This document shows positions 18,364 through 28,263 of a stretch of DNA of 54,289 bases, one piece after another. The translations under genes and the position numbers were made by a program. Location of the stretch: the NCBI GenBank assembly GCA_947259875.1, contig CAMYNX010000071.1:1-54289 (forward strand), written 5' to 3'. The first letter of the stretch is position 1; every line of letters starts with the position of its first letter. The notes beneath the pieces are model-generated. The model worked only from the letters and a program-made list of their open reading frames with translations. It ran no database searches and was not told the origin of the DNA. The DNA comes from an uncultured Gammaproteobacteria bacterium (GTDB taxonomy: Bacteria; Pseudomonadota; Gammaproteobacteria; Arenicellales; JAANXG01).

Positions 18364-19653
18364 CTAATTCGACTTCGAAAGCTTTGACCGGGCCGAGTAC
18401 GGTATCCCACGAAAGTGAATCGGCAGAAAGCCGGCCTTTTTCTCATAGACAATGCGCCACACGCCATCGGCCTCCTTCCGCCAATACTGTCGTTTACGCG
18501 AACGGGTATTAAAATTGCTACTACGATAGTCCTGGCCGAAGGTCACAACCATCAAATCTGATTCGCCGGGGTATCGAAAGACACTGATATCATCGAGCCT
18601 AACCTTGATAAAGGTTTTCTGTTTCGCCACGCGATGCTTGTGCCGCGTCCACCGTTCGTAGTCCATCTTTCCGCTACGAAATGTTTTGGCATAGTGTCTT
18701 GCATAACGTCTGTCATCGCGGCTCTCCCAGTCCTGCCGCCATTGTTCGAGGCGTGCGAGAAATGCCTTGCGTTGCCGGCTGATGTCTTCCGCTGACACCC
18801 AGTTGACGCGGTCCGCGATGATTACCGGCGTCGTCCCCGTGTCCACCATCTTGGACAACAGCGCCATGTCCCGGTTGGGCAGCGCCAAACACCCGTCACT
18901 AATCAGGGGTGCACGATTGTAGGTATCCGATGGGACACCATGTAACCAGATCCCATGGCCGGTCCGCCCCAGCCGGCGGTCCCATTCGTTGGGATAATTG
19001 ATAGGCAACGCAGCGGATCCGTAAAAATCGGACAACCCGCTGGGATCCAGCCGTGAGGTAACAAAATACAAGCCAACCGGGCTGCGCTGGTCTCCTTCTT
19101 TGACTTTCAGCATACCTCTCTTGCCGACCGACACATAGGAATCTCCCACCAACTTTAACCGGTTACCCTGATTGGCAAAGACATGGAGCCGCGACAAAGA
19201 AGCATCCACCACAATGACGTGGCGCCGATCGGCGGACAATTGGATCACATATTCGGGCCACATACCCTGACCCAAATGCGGTGCTTGCTGTTGATGTGCG
19301 AGCCTTCGCCGTGCCTCGTCGAGCAATGCGGTGACTTTGTTGTCCGTCTGAGCGAAAGTACCTCCGAAGGAAGCAACGGGCCGGTCTTGAGCCATTAACA
19401 AATCCGCATAGACCAGCTGTGCCAAACGAAATTTGGGGTTGCGCTCCACAAGACGCTTTGCCTTCGCGAGAGCTATCGAAAGCCGCGCTGCACGCACATC
19501 ATCTAAGATCTCCAGCAGAACCTGTTCATTTTTATCGGTTCGAGCTTCCTCAAATGTGATTGTTTTTTGTTCAGCGTGCACAGCCGAGACTAGCAACAGC
19601 GCCGCCGCTAATATCCAGCCCGTTTTCTTTCGCCTATTGTTTAATATTTTCAT
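18364..19653 (-). CDS. L,D-transpeptidase/carboxypeptidase (YkuD domain plus C-terminal NTF2-like domain, Csd6-like)
   Basis: GDQRSPVGLY, INYPNEWD, GHGIWLHG...SDGC catalytic His/Cys, and C-terminal KRQYW...WRIVYE. Confidence 0.88.
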   Translation of the reverse strand: MKILNNRRKKTGWILAAALLLVSAVHAEQKTITFEEARTDKNEQVLLEILDDVRAARLSIALAKAKRLVERNPKFRLAQLVYADLLMAQDRPVASFGGTFAQTDNKVTALLDEARRRLAHQQQAPHLGQGMWPEYVIQLSADRRHVIVVDASLSRLHVFANQGNRLKLVGDSYVSVGKRGMLKVKEGDQRSPVGLYFVTSRLDPSGLSDFYGSAALPINYPNEWDRRLGRTGHGIWLHGVPSDTYNRAPLISDGCLALPNRDMALLSKMVDTGTTPVIIADRVNWVSAEDISRQRKAFLARLEQWRQDWESRDDRRYARHYAKTFRSGKMDYERWTRHKHRVAKQKTFIKVRLDDISVFRYPGESDLMVVTFGQDYRSSNFNTRSRKRQYWRKEADGVWRIVYEKKAGFLPIHFRGIPYSARSKLSKSN

Positions 19654-19734
19654 TCGCGTTACTACCGCACAGTATACGCTAACGCACAGCCGACGCGGAA
19701 TTGAGCATAATCAATACGATAGTATATCCCGTGC

Positions 19735-20463
19735 TCAGTTATCAACCCGAGCCTCTTGAGCATAGCCGATCAGCTCTTTCGCGGGCACGTACCCACCGAT
19801 GATAGAACCGTCCTCCAGGATAATCGTCGGCGTCCCACTCACGCCAACCAGTTGCCCCATCTGAAAGTGCTCCGTGACGGGATTATCGCAGCGTTTGGGA
19901 TCAACTGGTCTACCGGCTTTCGCGTCCGTCATCGCCTTTTGAGGATCATCCGCGCACCATACCGACACCATCTGGTCATAGGCCGCTGACGAGACACCCG
20001 CACGCGGAAACGCGAGATACCTCACCTTTATCCCGGCCTTATTGAGTTGTCCGACTTCGTTGTGCAGCTTCGAGCAATAGGGACAGGTTACATCGGTGAA
20101 CACCGTAATCGTCCGTTCCACGTCTTGTGGCGCAAACACAATCATGCCGTCCTCACCCAAGTCATTCACCGCATCGATGCGCACCTGCTTACGCGCCGAT
20201 TCGCTGACGTTTTCGCCGCGATCGATATCGATGACATCACCGCGGATGATGTATCTACCATCTGCCGATATGTACAACAACCGAGGACCCACGATGATTT
20301 CATACAGGCCGCTAACCGGCGACGCCTTCACGTTACTCGTGGAGAAATCCGTAATCAGCCGGTTCCCGGTCGCGAGCACAGCATCGGGAATTGGATCGCC
20401 CGCCACAGCAACAACCGGTGGTATTAGCACCGCAACTATCAGTATCGCTATCTTTCTAAACAT
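19735..20463 (-). CDS. dsbC: Thiol:disulfide isomerase DsbC
   Basis: SPVSGLYEI dimerisation domain, FTDVTCPYCSKLH, YLAFPRAG, SVWCADD, GVSGTPTI. Confidence 0.92.
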   Translation of the reverse strand: MFRKIAILIVAVLIPPVVAVAGDPIPDAVLATGNRLITDFSTSNVKASPVSGLYEIIVGPRLLYISADGRYIIRGDVIDIDRGENVSESARKQVRIDAVNDLGEDGMIVFAPQDVERTITVFTDVTCPYCSKLHNEVGQLNKAGIKVRYLAFPRAGVSSAAYDQMVSVWCADDPQKAMTDAKAGRPVDPKRCDNPVTEHFQMGQLVGVSGTPTIILEDGSIIGGYVPAKELIGYAQEARVDN

Positions 20464-20489
20464 CACACATCTCTCCGATTTAAAACCAT

Positions 20490-21692
20490 TCAAGGTTGCA
20501 AGACTGCGGTCCTGAGCCGATCACCATCAGTCCAGGCAAGGTAAACCTTGCCGTTCGAGTTTACCAACTGCGGGAATCCGCTGGCCCCAGAAATCTTGCT
20601 GACCACTTGTGCGCCCTCACTTTGTCCTTGTTTGAACACTTTTCTGACATTAAGTTGCTCACCATTTTTATCCGAATCGAGCCAGCTCACCATTGCCGTA
20701 GCAGCATCGAGCAGCACCACATCCGGCCTACCCACTGGTCTGCCCACATCCACCCGGATGGGTTTTCCGAAGGTCCGACCCTGGTCATCGGAAAACGCCA
20801 CTTGCACCTTGGGCTGGCCCTGGGCGGCGGTAAACCACGCCACCACCAATGTGTTGTCCACGATATCGGCATTAGGGCCATCGACGGGGCAACCGTAGAT
20901 CTCCCAGTTGTCGTGGGCGACCGAAAAAGGGCCTGTCCATCTGCCGTTGTCCCACCACGTGATGGAGATGTCTCTGATCTCCGCCCCCGATCGATCCCGA
21001 TACACTATAGCCGGTCCGTGTGGCATCTTCAGCGCCGCAGGTTGGCAACAATCACAGACACGCAAGTCCACCGGACCCTCGTTGGTCATCGTACCCTGGT
21101 TGTCGATGAACGCCGCTCGCAAACTTTGTGACCCACCTTTCTTGCGCATACTCGGTGTGTTGTTTCTGCCATCCAGCCAGGCGACAAAGAACTGCCCTTC
21201 CCCTATAGGCAAGAATGTAACAAAGCCATGTTCGATCGGAGCGCGGTCATCATGGGGAATCACCGGGTCGGTCCAAGTCCGGCCGTAATCAGCGGACAGT
21301 ACCAGATTCAAATTATAGCCAAAGTTGCGGGAACCGCTCCTGAGCAGGAAGTTGGCGATCAAGTTGCCTGCGCCGTCGCCGGCGATCTCCGGCACGTCAG
21401 CCCAGTTCACGAACCAGTCGGCCCCCGCGGCAATTTTCACCGGCGGCAGCCATGCATCACCTTTCAGTGTCGAAAAATACATCGTGCTTTGCTCGCCCAC
21501 TGTTTCCGTCCAGCTCAACAGCAAACTCCCCGAACCGTCCGTCACCAGGTTGGGTACCGCGCTGTGATTACCCGCCGGGGAAGCAATCTCCATCGCCGGT
21601 GGCAGGACCGAAAACGATTCCGGCTCACTGCGACAAGCGGCGAGCAGCACAGATAGTATCAATGTCATGAATAGGGTTATGAATAGCCTCAT
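20490..21692 (-). CDS. BNR/Asp-box (sialidase-like beta-propeller) lipoprotein
   Basis: Lipobox LAAC, Asp-boxes SADYGRTW and SDDQGRTF, conserved VNWAD, EHGF, CDCC and GCPVDGP. Confidence 0.8.
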   Translation of the reverse strand: MRLFITLFMTLILSVLLAACRSEPESFSVLPPAMEIASPAGNHSAVPNLVTDGSGSLLLSWTETVGEQSTMYFSTLKGDAWLPPVKIAAGADWFVNWADVPEIAGDGAGNLIANFLLRSGSRNFGYNLNLVLSADYGRTWTDPVIPHDDRAPIEHGFVTFLPIGEGQFFVAWLDGRNNTPSMRKKGGSQSLRAAFIDNQGTMTNEGPVDLRVCDCCQPAALKMPHGPAIVYRDRSGAEIRDISITWWDNGRWTGPFSVAHDNWEIYGCPVDGPNADIVDNTLVVAWFTAAQGQPKVQVAFSDDQGRTFGKPIRVDVGRPVGRPDVVLLDAATAMVSWLDSDKNGEQLNVRKVFKQGQSEGAQVVSKISGASGFPQLVNSNGKVYLAWTDGDRLRTAVLQP

Positions 21693-22185
21693 TGTGCTTG
21701 AAACTTGGGTGAACTGATTGTTTACCGCCTTGTACTAACGCCGGTGCCGAATCTTACAATAATCGAAAGGAAACTTTTTAGTGTTGGCTTTTTGTGTAGC
21801 AAGCGCCGCCGGGACCGTAAAATTTCTCTCATGGCGCCCTATTTCGAAGCGCCATATTCTGACGTCACGGGCCAAATCAAGTAACCCCCTACCCCGACGA
21901 TGTAAATGGCATAGGTAAAGTTTAGAACCTGTGTGCTACTCGTAGGTCAATCAGCATGGTTGGTTTACCGCCCTTCCCTCCCGTCCATACAATAATATTC
22001 CAACTCAGTGGTTAACTCGAGTCGATCGGAGGCGGTAACGCAACCAACGTATACACCTGTGCTTAGGAAAGGCCAGATGAAGTTTATTTGATGGTAGTCG
22101 GGACGCCGTTCGCCATTGACTTGTGGGTAACTCACACGTTGTACATTACGGCTGGTTGAAATAATCCAAGCGGAGGGCATGAACG

Positions 22186-23010
22186 ATGCGTAGGTCGGCC
22201 ACATATCTGCTTTTGGTATTTGCGGGAACCATGGCCAGAGCCTACACAACTATCAATTGTGACCGTGCAGGGATCCCACTGACTGCTGTGCTCTTTATTC
22301 TCGTAGGCGGCACCGTAACGAGCACTACTGCGCTTGCAAGCCAGGACGTTCTGGACACCGGGCTCTCCACGGAAAGCTATAGACAAGATGAAATCCCCGC
22401 GGGATGGAAACTAAGACAATCGTCTAGCGCTTCCAAGCGGGGCAAGGCGCAGTGGTCCGTCAATGATGACGTACACGCAGTCAGACTATATTCAGACGCG
22501 GCGCTGACTTTTCTCGAAAAGACCGTGAACATAGACGTTAAGGAACACCCCATTGTCAGCTGGAAGTGGAAGATCGAGAACACGTTACAGGGCATCGATG
22601 AACGCACCCACGCGGGGGATGACCATCCGATACGCATTTTCTTTGTGTTTGAGCCCGACGACTCGAAGCAGTCGTGGTGGTTTAGATTTAAACGGTTCCT
22701 GTACCTGGACTGGGCTCACGGTCATCCATTTGGAGGGGGGTTCACTGAATATGTATGGAGCAGTCACCTCGAGGCGGGCGAGACCATCAATGATCCAGAT
22801 AAACCTTCGCAGAAATTGATGGTTGTCGAGGGCGGAGAAAGAAACGTCGGCCAGTGGCGCTCCTACGAACGCAATTTGTATCAAGATTTTTTGTCATTAT
22901 ACGGTGAGGAGCCGCGTCGCCTGATTTTCATCGGCATACTCAATGACACCGATCAGACCGGCCAGACGGCCACGAGCTATATTGCCGGTTTGAAGTTCAG
23001 CAAGCACTAG
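22186..23010 (+). CDS. DUF3047 domain protein
   Basis: PIVSWKWKI, GDDHPIRIFFVF, EYVWS, GQWRSYERNLYQDF, DTDQTG. Confidence 0.8.
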   Translation: MRRSATYLLLVFAGTMARAYTTINCDRAGIPLTAVLFILVGGTVTSTTALASQDVLDTGLSTESYRQDEIPAGWKLRQSSSASKRGKAQWSVNDDVHAVRLYSDAALTFLEKTVNIDVKEHPIVSWKWKIENTLQGIDERTHAGDDHPIRIFFVFEPDDSKQSWWFRFKRFLYLDWAHGHPFGGGFTEYVWSSHLEAGETINDPDKPSQKLMVVEGGERNVGQWRSYERNLYQDFLSLYGEEPRRLIFIGILNDTDQTGQTATSYIAGLKFSKH

Positions 23011-23191
23011 CTTCAACAGGCTTGCAGTCGAAAAACATTTAGGGACCCGGCCCTCAATCAACGAACTGTTGTCAGCAAGGGCGTCATTGGCTGCAGACAA
23101 GAAATACGAATAGCCGTCTGACTTGGTTCCAGGTAATATGTTCTAGGATAAACACAACCTGAGAAGATGTAATCTTGTCGGAGGGTCACTG

Positions 23192-23497
23192 ATGGACGGT
23201 TTATTATTTTTACTGGTACTGATCGGCGCCTCCTTTTTTGTAATGACGCGATTCGCGCGTGGATCACAACTCTCGCGTGGTCATGAAGGTGGATGTTGCG
23301 GTCGCGAGACAACGCAACAAGTTGACCAAATTGATCGTGTGTGCGGCAATGAAGTATCCGATGATCAGGGTTACAGTAAGTCTTACAATGGTCGCGTATA
23401 CAAATTTTGCTCCCGAGAATGCTTCGACGACTTCGAAGCAACGCCAGAGAAATTCATCAAAGATAACGAAAGCGGTGAGGCCAGCTTAGTGGCTTAA
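23192..23497 (+). CDS. YHS/TRASH domain membrane protein
   Basis: N-terminal TM, HEGGCCG, DRVCGNEV...YNGRVYKFCSRECFDDFEATPEKF. GGAGG RBS. Confidence 0.85.
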   Translation: MDGLLFLLVLIGASFFVMTRFARGSQLSRGHEGGCCGRETTQQVDQIDRVCGNEVSDDQGYSKSYNGRVYKFCSRECFDDFEATPEKFIKDNESGEASLVA

Positions 23498-23572
23498 ACG
23501 CAAGTCGATTTCTATAACGTCTTCTACGATTCCCTGTCTTCGTTGAGGTGGCGCGCTGCCACATTGGCAATC

Positions 23573-23604
23573 TTGACGTGTGAGCTGCTCTAATGTTTTA
23601 TGCT
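23573..23604 (+). promoter_or_regulatory. MerR-family-type promoter with elongated spacer
   Basis: TTGACG-20 nt-TATGCT. The spacer holds the dyad AC-N5-AG-C-T-G-CT-N5-GT (gagc-t-gctc core). Confidence 0.45.
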
Positions 23605-23640
23605 ATCAAGGCCCAAATAACGCATACCCAAGGGCCGAAG

Positions 23641-23677
23641 CGCTGAGAGCGGACTGTATCCCGGCCTGCTCTCAGCG
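23641..23677. other. Perfect 10-bp stem hairpin in the leader of the Tat-protein gene
   Basis: cgctgagagc (23641-23650) / gctctcagcg (23668-23677). Confidence 0.5.
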
Positions 23678-23737
23678 TGGTTCCGTCCGGTCAAATAAGA
23701 TCTGGCCGATGTCAAAGACTGAAATTGGAGCAGCAAA

Positions 23738-24655
23738 ATGAGGGGAATCAGTAAAAGAGACTTTCTTATTGGCGCAAGTGGTCTCGGTTTGGGGGCTTTT
23801 GCATCCTATTATTCATCGCGTTACTGGCTGTTTAACCACACGCAAGTGGGAAAACAGCATGTTTTGCAAACGAAGCACCAAGAACTGGAGCAGCGGTTAC
23901 TTCCCATTGAAGGTAAAACGCTTCCCATCGTCTTCAACGGGGCCTCGAAAAGACTGGTTGAGGAAGGGGTGATCGATCTAAAAAAATGGAACGCACTTTA
24001 TTCCAAGCGGAGGCTATCCGTGCCGGAATGGATCGGACAAAGTTTGTTGACGGATTCTCGCAAGCCCATTCAGATGGACCCGGTCTCGGCGCCGTTTCTG
24101 TTGAATATCCTGTGGGCGCTTGGGATCTCCAACAAGACCCGATTCAACGAACGAAGCCCGCTGCAGGGTAAGCGTCTGACGCAATTTGCGAGTACCGGAG
24201 GATGGCAATTGGGTAAGAAAAAAAACGGCGCTGCCTATTTCAATAAAGTGGCGAATATCGAGTTGAATGAGGATCAGGAAAAATTGGTGCATCAATCGGC
24301 TAACAGCATATATCGTCCGTGTTGTAACAACTCGACCTTTTTCCAGGACTGTAATCACGGTTCGGCCATGTTGGGGCTGCTGCAGCTCGGGGCCGCGCAA
24401 GGAAAGAGTGAGGAAGAACTCTATGCGGCGGCGTTGATAGCGAATCTCTATTGGTTTCCGGGTCAGTATTCGAAAATCGCACTCTACTTCCAGGAGATTG
24501 AAGACAAAAGCCTAATGGACGCTCCTGCGCGAGATGTGCTGTCACGAAAGTTTTCTTCAGGATCCGGATTCAAGGGAAATATCGTCAGGAAATTGGCGGG
24601 AAAGGATCTTCTTCCCGGCTCACGCGGGAAACGCTCGCAAGGTTGCTCAGTATGA
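23738..24655 (+). CDS. Tat-exported hypothetical protein with Cys/His motif
   Basis: SKRDFLIG Tat-like signal, FASTGGW, YRPCCNNSTFFQDCNHG, C-terminal GCSV. GGAG RBS. Confidence 0.8.
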   Translation: MRGISKRDFLIGASGLGLGAFASYYSSRYWLFNHTQVGKQHVLQTKHQELEQRLLPIEGKTLPIVFNGASKRLVEEGVIDLKKWNALYSKRRLSVPEWIGQSLLTDSRKPIQMDPVSAPFLLNILWALGISNKTRFNERSPLQGKRLTQFASTGGWQLGKKKNGAAYFNKVANIELNEDQEKLVHQSANSIYRPCCNNSTFFQDCNHGSAMLGLLQLGAAQGKSEEELYAAALIANLYWFPGQYSKIALYFQEIEDKSLMDAPARDVLSRKFSSGSGFKGNIVRKLAGKDLLPGSRGKRSQGCSV

Positions 24656-24754
24656 TGCCGGGTTGATTTAACCATCCATCTGAGGTCCACACTGACAGAG
24701 CCCGAAAGCTGGCGCACCTTACCCGGTGTTATCGCTGACACTGGTAGCCGGGTT

Positions 24755-25207
24755 ATGACAACCTGCTTTTTGAATTATCAATTCAAGAAAGCTGGGGCCC
24801 GCGGTCAGCTAAAGAGGTATCTGCCATGGCTGCCGGCCCTGCCGCTAGTATTGCTTCTGGTCTCGTGCAGTAAGCCGGACCCGGAACAAGTCAGACAGAA
24901 CCTGTTTCTGCCCAAAGATAACTATGTCGCGGACGCGCGCCGTGGTAAGACCATTTATCACGATACCTGTGTGGTGTGCCACGGGACACGCGCGCGCGGC
25001 AGCCGCCAGGGACCGCCCTTGGTACACAGTACCTATCATCCCGCTCACCATCATGATCTTGCCTTTCATCTGGCGGTCAAAAACGGCGTCAAACAGCATC
25101 ATTGGCAGTTCGGGCACATGCCTCCGATGACCGGCGTCACACCCGAGCAGGTGAGTGATATCGTGGCTTATGTTCGCGACGAGCAACGTAAAGCGGGTAT
25201 CAAGTAG
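24755..25207 (+). CDS. Monoheme cytochrome c lipoprotein
   Basis: LLVSC lipobox-like, CVVCHG, GPPLVH, HPAHHHD, QHHWQFGHMPP. Confidence 0.88.
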   Translation: MTTCFLNYQFKKAGARGQLKRYLPWLPALPLVLLLVSCSKPDPEQVRQNLFLPKDNYVADARRGKTIYHDTCVVCHGTRARGSRQGPPLVHSTYHPAHHHDLAFHLAVKNGVKQHHWQFGHMPPMTGVTPEQVSDIVAYVRDEQRKAGIK

Positions 25208-25341
25208 CTAAACCGGCAACGCTTCACAGCCTCGGCCAATGCGAAGTGCGGATGCAAAACAGATCAACGTTCGGATCAAACGTTAGCGATGGGCATCGCT
25301 GCAACCGGGCGTGTGTTCTTCGGGCTGCGTTACCGCGCGCG

Positions 25342-26748
25342 CTATCGGGGCAGGAGCAGCCTTGCCGTCAGCCCTCCTTGGGGCCGATTCTCCAGCATTA
25401 ATTCGCCGCCATGGGCACGAGCGATGTTGCGCGCAATCCCCAGGCCCAGGCCGGTGCCGACAGTGTGTTGGCTGCGCGACGCTTCGACACGAAAAAACGG
25501 ATCGAACACCCGCTCCAAAGATTCTTCCGCTATGCCGGGGCCATTATCGTTCACCGCAATCACAATGTGTTGATCCTGTCCGTCAACAGTGATATCGGCA
25601 CGTTCACCGTAATGCACCGCGTTATCCACCAGATTGGTAATACATCGCTTGAGTGCCAGCGGCTTGCCATGAATGGGCTTTTCTATTTGACCGGCGAGTG
25701 TTACCTCCCAACCCGCCTCGCTCATATTACCCTGGATGCTTTCCAGTAAAGCCATGAGATCCAACGGCTGACTGGGTTCTTTGGTCTCCGTGCCGCGCAT
25801 GAAGTCCAAGGTCGCACCGACCATCGACTCCATATCATTGAGATCGGTTTGGATTTTTTCCCTCAACCCTTCGTCCTCCAACAAATCACTACGCAGGCGC
25901 ATGCGCGTCAAAGGCGTCTTAAGATCATGGGATACCGCCGCCAAGATACGGGCGCGGTCTTCGATGTAGTTTTTGAGTCGCTGTTGCATGGTATTGAAAG
26001 CCTTGGCGGTTTCAGCGACCTCACTGGGACCTTCGACGGCAAGTGGTTTGCGGTGGATGTCTTTCCCCAGCGCCTCGGCCGCCCGTCTGAGTGAGCGCAG
26101 CGGCCCAACACTCCAGCGCACCGCCAGTAATGATAAGGCAACCACGCTGACCAGAAGAATTCCAAGGGTGATCAACAATCGGGAAGGCCAGCCGAATAAA
26201 GACTCGGGCACTTGTCGCTCGAACCGTACCCAGGTCCCGTCTTTGAGTCCGACCTGTATATAAAAGGTATCTCCCATTGCATGCAGCCCATGCATGTACG
26301 CCCTCGGGCCGGCCATCCCACGGCCCATCATGTGCCGATGGTGCATGGCCGACATGGCCTCAGGGACAAACACGCCTTGAAACGAGACTGCAACACGCGC
26401 ACCAGGTGCAAGATGGCGGGCAATCCGCGTTTGTATCAATCGGGCCGCGGCCTCGGCATCGGCGTCCTGTTCCGGTTTCGGCGCCGGCACCCGCGCCAGA
26501 GTAATCCGCATATCGTCGCTACTGAGCAGGGGCACCAACCGCACTCGCTCCTGCCATGAGATGGAATCCAAAAGGCGTACGATACCGACGGTTCGCATGA
26601 TGACATCCGTCTGCACCGATCGGTACAACGTCTGGCCCCGGTCCCGCAGCAATACCAACGCCGAAACGAGCTGGGCCAGGATCAGACCGGTGAGCAACAC
26701 TAAGATTAGTCTTCCGAATAGTGAGCGGGGCAGCAAACGCACGGGCAT
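25342..26748 (-). CDS. Sensor histidine kinase (RstB/EnvZ-like) with His/Met-rich periplasmic loop
   Basis: Two TM, MHHRHMMGRGMAGPRAYMHGLH, HAMP, SHDLKTPL, NLVDNAVHY, GTGLGLGIA. Confidence 0.92.
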   Translation of the reverse strand: MPVRLLPRSLFGRLILVLLTGLILAQLVSALVLLRDRGQTLYRSVQTDVIMRTVGIVRLLDSISWQERVRLVPLLSSDDMRITLARVPAPKPEQDADAEAAARLIQTRIARHLAPGARVAVSFQGVFVPEAMSAMHHRHMMGRGMAGPRAYMHGLHAMGDTFYIQVGLKDGTWVRFERQVPESLFGWPSRLLITLGILLVSVVALSLLAVRWSVGPLRSLRRAAEALGKDIHRKPLAVEGPSEVAETAKAFNTMQQRLKNYIEDRARILAAVSHDLKTPLTRMRLRSDLLEDEGLREKIQTDLNDMESMVGATLDFMRGTETKEPSQPLDLMALLESIQGNMSEAGWEVTLAGQIEKPIHGKPLALKRCITNLVDNAVHYGERADITVDGQDQHIVIAVNDNGPGIAEESLERVFDPFFRVEASRSQHTVGTGLGLGIARNIARAHGGELMLENRPQGGLTARLLLPR

Positions 26749-26757
26749 CGACCTCGA

Positions 26758-26941
26758 TTAATCCTTTACGCTGACCTGACCGGAAAAGATATAACCGCGC
26801 CCACGTATGGTCTTGATCAACGTCGGTTGCTTGGCATCGTCTCCGAGGTGCTTGCGCAGCCGGCCGATAAGCACGTCGATGCTGCGGTCGAAAGGACCCG
26901 CCTCCCGGCCTTGGGTCAGATCCAGCAGTTGGTGGATTCAT
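26758..26941 (-). pseudogene. OmpR-family response regulator with receiver domain deleted
   Basis: ATG at 26941 (MNPP) is joined out of frame to QLLDLTQGREAGPFDRSIDVLIGRLRKHLGDDAKQPTLIKTIRGRGYIF...KD*, the winged-helix end of an OmpR protein. Not in the ORF track. Confidence 0.88.
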
Positions 26942-26986
26942 GATCGCTACTCTACGGTTATTCGGGATATAGCGCAGGGAAAAATG

Positions 26987-27029
26987 GTAACACTGTGTAA
27001 ATAGCAAAAGGACTGTTACACACACTTAC
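26987..27029. promoter_or_regulatory. Two oppositely oriented CpxR/OmpR-type direct-repeat boxes
   Basis: GTAA-CACTGT-GTAA (26987-27000, +) and GTAA-GTGTGT-GTAA (27016-27029, -), between the divergent regulator and spy-like gene. Confidence 0.55.
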
Positions 27030-27130
27030 AAAAAAGCCTCCTGCAGACATCAATGGGTTACACGGGTCAGTTCTAATACCCAACAAGTCGCAAGACTGAT
27101 TGATTTGATCACAACATAGGAGAACTATTG

Positions 27131-27684
27131 ATGAAGACGAAAACCAAACAATTGATTGGCGCCGCGGCGGTCTCCGGCCTGATCCTGGCTGCCGGGGGTG
27201 CGGTGTTCGCCCACGGTGGATTCGGACCCGGATGGACCGGGCCTGGTATGCACGGTGGTGGTTACGGCATGCATGGCGGCGGCTATGGCATGCGCGGCGG
27301 GATGATGGGCGGCCCGGCGGCATGCACGGCTTCATGGGTGGTCCACGATCGCAGGGAGGAGATCCCATTGCGTATACTAATGAGTGGCTCACCAATCTCA
27401 AGCAAACGCTGGGTATCACCGCAGAGCAGGAAACGGTTTGGAATGCTTACGTGGAGGCATCACAAGCCAAGGCGAAACTCATGGATGCTCATCATCAAAC
27501 CATGCATGGCGGCGCGCGCGGAACCGTAGACACCGAAGAGCATCTCAACATGATGCAGGAAGGAGCGCAGCACATGCAGCAACTGGCAACCGCCACTCGC
27601 GAGTTGTATACAGCGCTGACCAAGGAGCAAAAAGCCACCGCCGATCGATGGATTGGTCCACACCACTTTAGCGGTCTACGCTAG
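27131..27684 (+). pseudogene. Spy/CpxP (LTXXQ) family periplasmic protein with Gly/Met/His-rich N-terminus, frameshifted near 27315
   Basis: Signal peptide and GMHGGGY repeats in one frame. LKQTLGITAEQETVW...LYTALTKEQKATAD in the other. One extra G at ggcccg(g)gc restores the frame. Confidence 0.82.
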
Positions 27685-27707
27685 ACGTTCTGACACCAGT
27701 AACGGGT

Positions 27708-27744
27708 TTGCCGCCGGTCGCGTTATAGACCCAACCGGCGGCAA
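27708..27744 (+). terminator. GC-rich hairpin after the spy-like gene
   Basis: ttgccgccggt / accggcggcaa 11-bp stem. No clear U-tract. Confidence 0.4.
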
Positions 27745-27795
27745 CTCTCGACACCTTTGCATTTTACTTTTTCCCGACATCAAGGAAACAACATC

Positions 27796-27942
27796 ATGAT
27801 GGCCGGCATCTTTGGCATTCCCGGACTGGGAATGCTGTTCTTTTGGGGTTTGCTCATCCTACTCGCGGTTTTATTGATCAAGCGCGTCCCGGGTAGCTCC
27901 GAACCGCTGATGGCGGCAGCTGTTATCACCGTTACCTGCTAA
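27796..27942 (+). pseudogene. Small membrane-protein remnant (N-terminus resembling SHOCT-domain proteins)
   Basis: MMAGIFGIPGLGMLFFWGLLILLAVLLIKR with AGGA RBS. The expected SHOCT helix is absent. Confidence 0.45.
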
Positions 27943-28263
27943 CTTTGACTTATTGACCCAAAGAATCAATGCGTCACGCGGTCGTAGCATGAATCATCAC
28001 ATGAATTTGACATAGTTTAGATTTTAATCTTCGTAACAGTCGAATTAACCAAGAACCAAACGCTTGCATTGCAGAACGCCGTTGAGGAATACGGAACGCA
28101 CGGGAGATAAATGAAATATACAACGGGATGTCGTTGCCCTGGATGCTGCGTACAAATGCGAAATCCTGTAGAGTCAGCCCGACATCGCCGCGTACCCGCA
28201 TGAGCCAATAAGCATCAACCCGCGACCCTGGATGGGCGCCATGTGTTACGCATTGAAAATGCC

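Noticed and set aside
27240-27340. ggcatgcacggc/ggcggc repeats as a DNA repeat element
   Set aside because: Explained by the Gly/Met/His low-complexity peptide of the Spy-like protein.
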